UHGV virus genome: UHGV-0122175
Reading direction: 5' to 3' (one strand)
Origin: a virus
Length of the DNA: 35,613 bases
In this document: positions 32,478 through 35,613 of the stretch, in pieces
Position numbering within the stretch: the first letter of the stretch is position 1
How the letters are laid out: each line of letters opens with the position of its first letter
Notes under the pieces: model-generated
Told to the model about the DNA's origin: nothing
Seen by the model: only the letters and a program-made list of their open reading frames with translations
Database searches by the model: none
Program-made: the position numbers and the translations under genes

Positions 32478-33661
32478 CAGGCACCTCCCAGCACCGCAAA
32501 TGCGGGACCAAAGAATTCATCAGTAAACGTCTGGTAAAGCTCCATGTCTTCCAGCGGGGGAACAGGCGTATATTTGTAGCGAATACGCACACGTCCCTGA
32601 CGTAAATTCGTGGTGCCGTTATCCACCACGTCATACCAGCACTCCGCACCAATCAGTTTCCCGGCAGTAACCAGCGAATCCAGTTTTGCCCTGATGGCAC
32701 TGATAACATCCTTCACGTTCGCAGGCGTCAGTGGACTGTCGATGGTTTCAAACTGCGCTTCCGCAATTGAATCAGCCAGCACCTGTGCGGTTCGGGTATA
32801 CACCTCAAAGATGTAGGCGTTCGTTTCCGGTGTGCGGTTGCCCCAGAAGCGGAACCCGTTGCGACGAATAATGGTCGTGATTTCTTTGTTGTTGAGGCTG
32901 TTGGCATCGCTGTCTTCGGCCTGCAATGACCAGAACACATGCCTGGACATTCCCAGCACATTTTTAACCGGAACGTTGGACAGCGATTTGTGCCAGCCCT
33001 GCTCATGGTCAATGTACGCACGAAGGCCGCACGCATAAGCAGGCGCGGGGAACGTTTCGTTTTTGCCACTTTTCGGGTTGTAGGCGATGAAGTCCGGCCA
33101 TAAGAGCATCACCTCACGTTCGTTGAATTTCTGGCGGTAGGTAATCGCCTCAGCCATCGTGTTACAGCCGTGACATGAGGCATACACAAACGCGCGCAGT
33201 TTACCTGCAATCACGCACAGGGATTTTGTTACAGCCTCCGTGTCCAGCTCCGGCGCGGCCAGAATACGCGGACGGTATCCGATGCTTTCATCCTGCTCTG
33301 CAACAAGCAGCGCATACATCCCCGTATAGCTGCCGTCAGATTCAGAACCACCGATAACCAGTTGATCCTGCGTTTTTCCGTCTTCTTCTTTGTGTTCAGC
33401 CACGCGAACGACGATCACCTTTGTGCTCACCTGGTCTGCGATGGCCTTAAGCGCACGGTAAAGCGTCCCCGTTGTTCCGCATTTTCCCAGCACGTCATTG
33501 ACGCGGGTCAGCAGTGTGGGCTTGTTCAGCGGGAACAGCTCCGCGTCCGCATCATCCGCCGTTGCCACGATACCGATAACACTGGAATCAACATCATTAA
33601 TCGCTGTTACCAGGTCGGTACTTTCCGTAACACGGGCACCATGAAAACGAGTTTCACTCAT
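32477..33661 (-). CDS. FI: Contractile tail sheath protein (P2 FI-like)
   Basis: 394 aa, close to P2 FI in size, first gene of the minus-strand tail operon. Confidence 0.9.
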   Translation of the reverse strand: MSETRFHGARVTESTDLVTAINDVDSSVIGIVATADDADAELFPLNKPTLLTRVNDVLGKCGTTGTLYRALKAIADQVSTKVIVVRVAEHKEEDGKTQDQLVIGGSESDGSYTGMYALLVAEQDESIGYRPRILAAPELDTEAVTKSLCVIAGKLRAFVYASCHGCNTMAEAITYRQKFNEREVMLLWPDFIAYNPKSGKNETFPAPAYACGLRAYIDHEQGWHKSLSNVPVKNVLGMSRHVFWSLQAEDSDANSLNNKEITTIIRRNGFRFWGNRTPETNAYIFEVYTRTAQVLADSIAEAQFETIDSPLTPANVKDVISAIRAKLDSLVTAGKLIGAECWYDVVDNGTTNLRQGRVRIRYKYTPVPPLEDMELYQTFTDEFFGPAFAVLGGA

Positions 33662-33818
33662 AGCTTCAGCCCCTTGTATCCGTTAAATGATTCGGCAACA
33701 ATCATCACCCACCACGCGCGTAATCTCACCCCTGCGCCGTTCTCCCGCCACGGCGACAACAAAAAGCAGTAACCCCCTCCGCACGCACATGCGACCATGC
33801 CGCACAGGGAGGGAACAG
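33662..33818. promoter_or_regulatory. Divergent promoter region between the sheath operon and D
   Basis: 157-bp gap between divergently transcribed late genes. Promoter elements not resolved by eye. Confidence 0.35.
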
Positions 33819-34928
33819 ATGACCGACACCACCATGCAATTGCTCAGTCAGGGCACAGACCCAGTAAAAATGCCGGATTTTGATATTCTCGCGGAGGGTA
33901 AAACGCTGTCAGGCGTGGCAGAGCGCCTGATGAGCCTGTCACTGACCGACAACCGGGGATTTGAGGCGGACCAGCTCACCATCACGCTGGATGATGCCGA
34001 TGGCCAGTTGCAGCTACCGCCACGGGGCGCGCGTCTGACGGTTCTCATTGGCTGGAAAGGAGAGCCGCTGACAGAAAAAGGCACTTACATTGTTGATGAA
34101 ATCGCTCACGAAGGACCGCCGGACAGGCTGACTGTTTCAGCCAGAAGCGCAGATTTTCGGGATGAATTTAACGTTAAACGTGAGGTGTCCTGGCATGATG
34201 TGACCGTTGAGCGTGTGGTATCCGCCATCGCTCATCGGTATGGTCTGAAACCGCAAATCAGCGAAATGCTGATGGATATCGAAATCGACCACGCCGACCA
34301 GACCGAAGAAAGCGACATGTCCTTCCTTACGCGCATGGCGGAAATGCTGGGCGCAATCACCACGGTAAAAAGCGGCAATCTGTTATTCATCATGCCAGGT
34401 GGTGGCGTGAACGCACAGGGCCAGCCGTTGCCCTCGTTCGCCATTACACGCAGCAGCGGCGATCGCCATCAGTTCCGCATTGCTGACCGCGAGGCGTATA
34501 CGGGGGTACGCGCCTACTGGCTTGATCTTAATTACGGGAAAAAGAAAAAAGTCAGCGTGAAACGCCGTAAACCGCCAAAACCCAAAAAGGAGAAAAGCAG
34601 CAGCCGTGAAGGTGATTATATGGAAGGCGCGGAAGGCAATGTGTTTGTGTTACGCAAGACTTATCAGAACGAGCAGGCAGCAAGACGCGCAGCGGCGGCA
34701 AAGTGGCAGCAACTACAACGCGGAGCCGCATCATTCTCCATCACGCTGGCGCGTGGACGTGCAGAACTCTACCCCGAAATGCATGGCACGGTAACAGGAT
34801 TTAAAAGCGAGATTGATAATCAGGACTGGATCATTGCAAAAGCCGAGCACACCATTGATAACAGCGGCTTTACCACGCAGCTTGAGCTTGAGGCAAAAAT
34901 CCCGGAATGGATAGCGGAAACAGAGTGA
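33819..34928 (+). CDS. D: Late control gene D protein (tail/baseplate hub, gpD family)
   Basis: ATG at 33819 with GGGAGGG ribosome-binding site gives 369 aa. Size and position next to ogr match P2 D. Confidence 0.8.
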   Translation: MTDTTMQLLSQGTDPVKMPDFDILAEGKTLSGVAERLMSLSLTDNRGFEADQLTITLDDADGQLQLPPRGARLTVLIGWKGEPLTEKGTYIVDEIAHEGPPDRLTVSARSADFRDEFNVKREVSWHDVTVERVVSAIAHRYGLKPQISEMLMDIEIDHADQTEESDMSFLTRMAEMLGAITTVKSGNLLFIMPGGGVNAQGQPLPSFAITRSSGDRHQFRIADREAYTGVRAYWLDLNYGKKKKVSVKRRKPPKPKKEKSSSREGDYMEGAEGNVFVLRKTYQNEQAARRAAAAKWQQLQRGAASFSITLARGRAELYPEMHGTVTGFKSEIDNQDWIIAKAEHTIDNSGFTTQLELEAKIPEWIAETE

Positions 34929-34970
34929 GCAACTTAGAATAGCGGCAGCACCACGTTAAGGGAGGTCGCT

Positions 34971-35231
34971 ATGTTCCGTTGTCCGCTTTGTGGCGCATCT
35001 GCCCGTATCCGCACCAGTCGTCCGGAAAATGATTCAAACACCGTGCGGCAAAAGTATTACCAGTGTAACAATCTGGAATGCGGCGTATGCTTCTCAACAC
35101 TGGAAGCTTTCCATAAATTCACATCGAAACACGCCTCCGGCGTTCACTCATCAGAAGGTATCCCGTGGCATGAGCTGCCAGCTTCACACAGGGGAAACAA
35201 TCAGATGAGTTTGCCTTTACCTCAGAATTAA
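34971..35231 (+). CDS. ogr: Late gene transcriptional activator Ogr (zinc finger, Ogr/Delta family)
   Basis: 86 aa with the C4 zinc motif CPLCG...(n22)...CNNLECG. Sits at the end of the late region as in P2. Confidence 0.85.
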   Translation: MFRCPLCGASARIRTSRPENDSNTVRQKYYQCNNLECGVCFSTLEAFHKFTSKHASGVHSSEGIPWHELPASHRGNNQMSLPLPQN

Positions 35232-35422
35232 CAGGCAGAATTGCCGGAGTAACAAAAAAGCGATAGATTACGCGCGGGTGCCTTTCGGCTGATGGTCGGA
35301 GGGAATACCCGAAGGCCAGATGTGGAAAGGCCCCGGAAAACATTTCTGTTTAACCGAGGCCCTAACATATCTACCTTAAGCAAGTGATAGGTTAGCGCCT
35401 CTCCAACAAAGGAGCAAGCGCT

Positions 35423-35563
35423 ATGTCGCAAAAATCGCTTATGGCCATCACGTTCTGCGTGACGGTAATCCTCATCATCTGGATGCTGCACGGTTCGCTG
35501 TGTGAAATACGGATGAGCTTCTGGGGAGCGGAGTTTGCGGCGTTCTTACAGTGTAAGCAGTAA
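35423..35563 (+). CDS. hok: Hok/Gef-family type I toxin (small membrane peptide)
   Basis: 46-aa ORF MSQKSLMAITFCVTVILIIWMLHGSLCEIRMSFWGAEFAAFLQCKQ. One TM helix followed by the SLCEI...AAFL.C signature shared with HokA/Hok (from memory). GGAG ribosome-binding site. A perfect 8-bp hairpin lies just 3' at 35571..35592. Confidence 0.65.
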   Translation: MSQKSLMAITFCVTVILIIWMLHGSLCEIRMSFWGAEFAAFLQCKQ

Positions 35564-35613
35564 GGAAACCGCGACGGGGGAGCAATCCCCCGTCAATCGG
35601 TTGCCAGGGTAAA

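Noticed and set aside
33687-33818. N-terminal 44-residue extension of gpD from the ORF-track start
   Set aside because: The extension is Arg/Pro/Thr-rich and lacks a ribosome-binding site, whereas ATG 33819 has a strong GGGAGGG site and gives a P2 D-like length.
35300-35520. mok-like overlapping reading frame upstream of hok
   Set aside because: Both alternative frames across the hok start are closed by stop codons (TAA at 35377 and 35466) without a usable start, so no mok-type ORF is evident.
1-35613. CRISPR arrays or rRNA genes
   Set aside because: No regularly spaced direct repeats with unique spacers and no rRNA-like conserved stretches were seen. The repeats present are short operator, crossover or hairpin elements.

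Overview
This window is an almost complete P2-family (Peduovirus-like) temperate phage genome, probably an integrated prophage in an enterobacterial host. The lysogeny and early region runs from integrase (50..1042, minus) through a P2 C-like repressor, a Cox-like protein and a set of small early genes to the rolling-circle initiator A (6117..8939). An accessory hotspot between A and the portal gene Q, where P2 carries tin/old, instead holds a ParM/ParR-like actin-type partition module and two small AT-rich orphan genes. The packaging, head, lysis, baseplate and tail-fibre genes follow in P2 order (Q P | O N M L X holin endolysin spanins R S V W J I H G). Downstream of H/G is a Mu G-segment-like invertible tail-fibre cassette (gix-like sites at 24327..24352 and 27377..27402) with a Gin/Pin/Cin-type invertase. 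The sheath-tube-E/E'-tape measure-U block is on the minus strand, followed by D and ogr on the plus strand, and a Hok-family toxin gene lies at the right edge. Points worth a second look are: plasmid-type stability genes (parMR plus hok) on a P2-like element; the two orphan genes in the hotspot; an in-frame amber codon splitting the Cox-like gene; an ochre codon at codon 4 of the expressed-orientation G gene; an AT-rich convergent gene pair inserted in the early operon; and a highly structured 300-bp non-coding region at 5141..5441. No tRNA, rRNA or CRISPR array was found. All similarity statements come from reading the ORF translations and from memory of the protein families, not from database searches.
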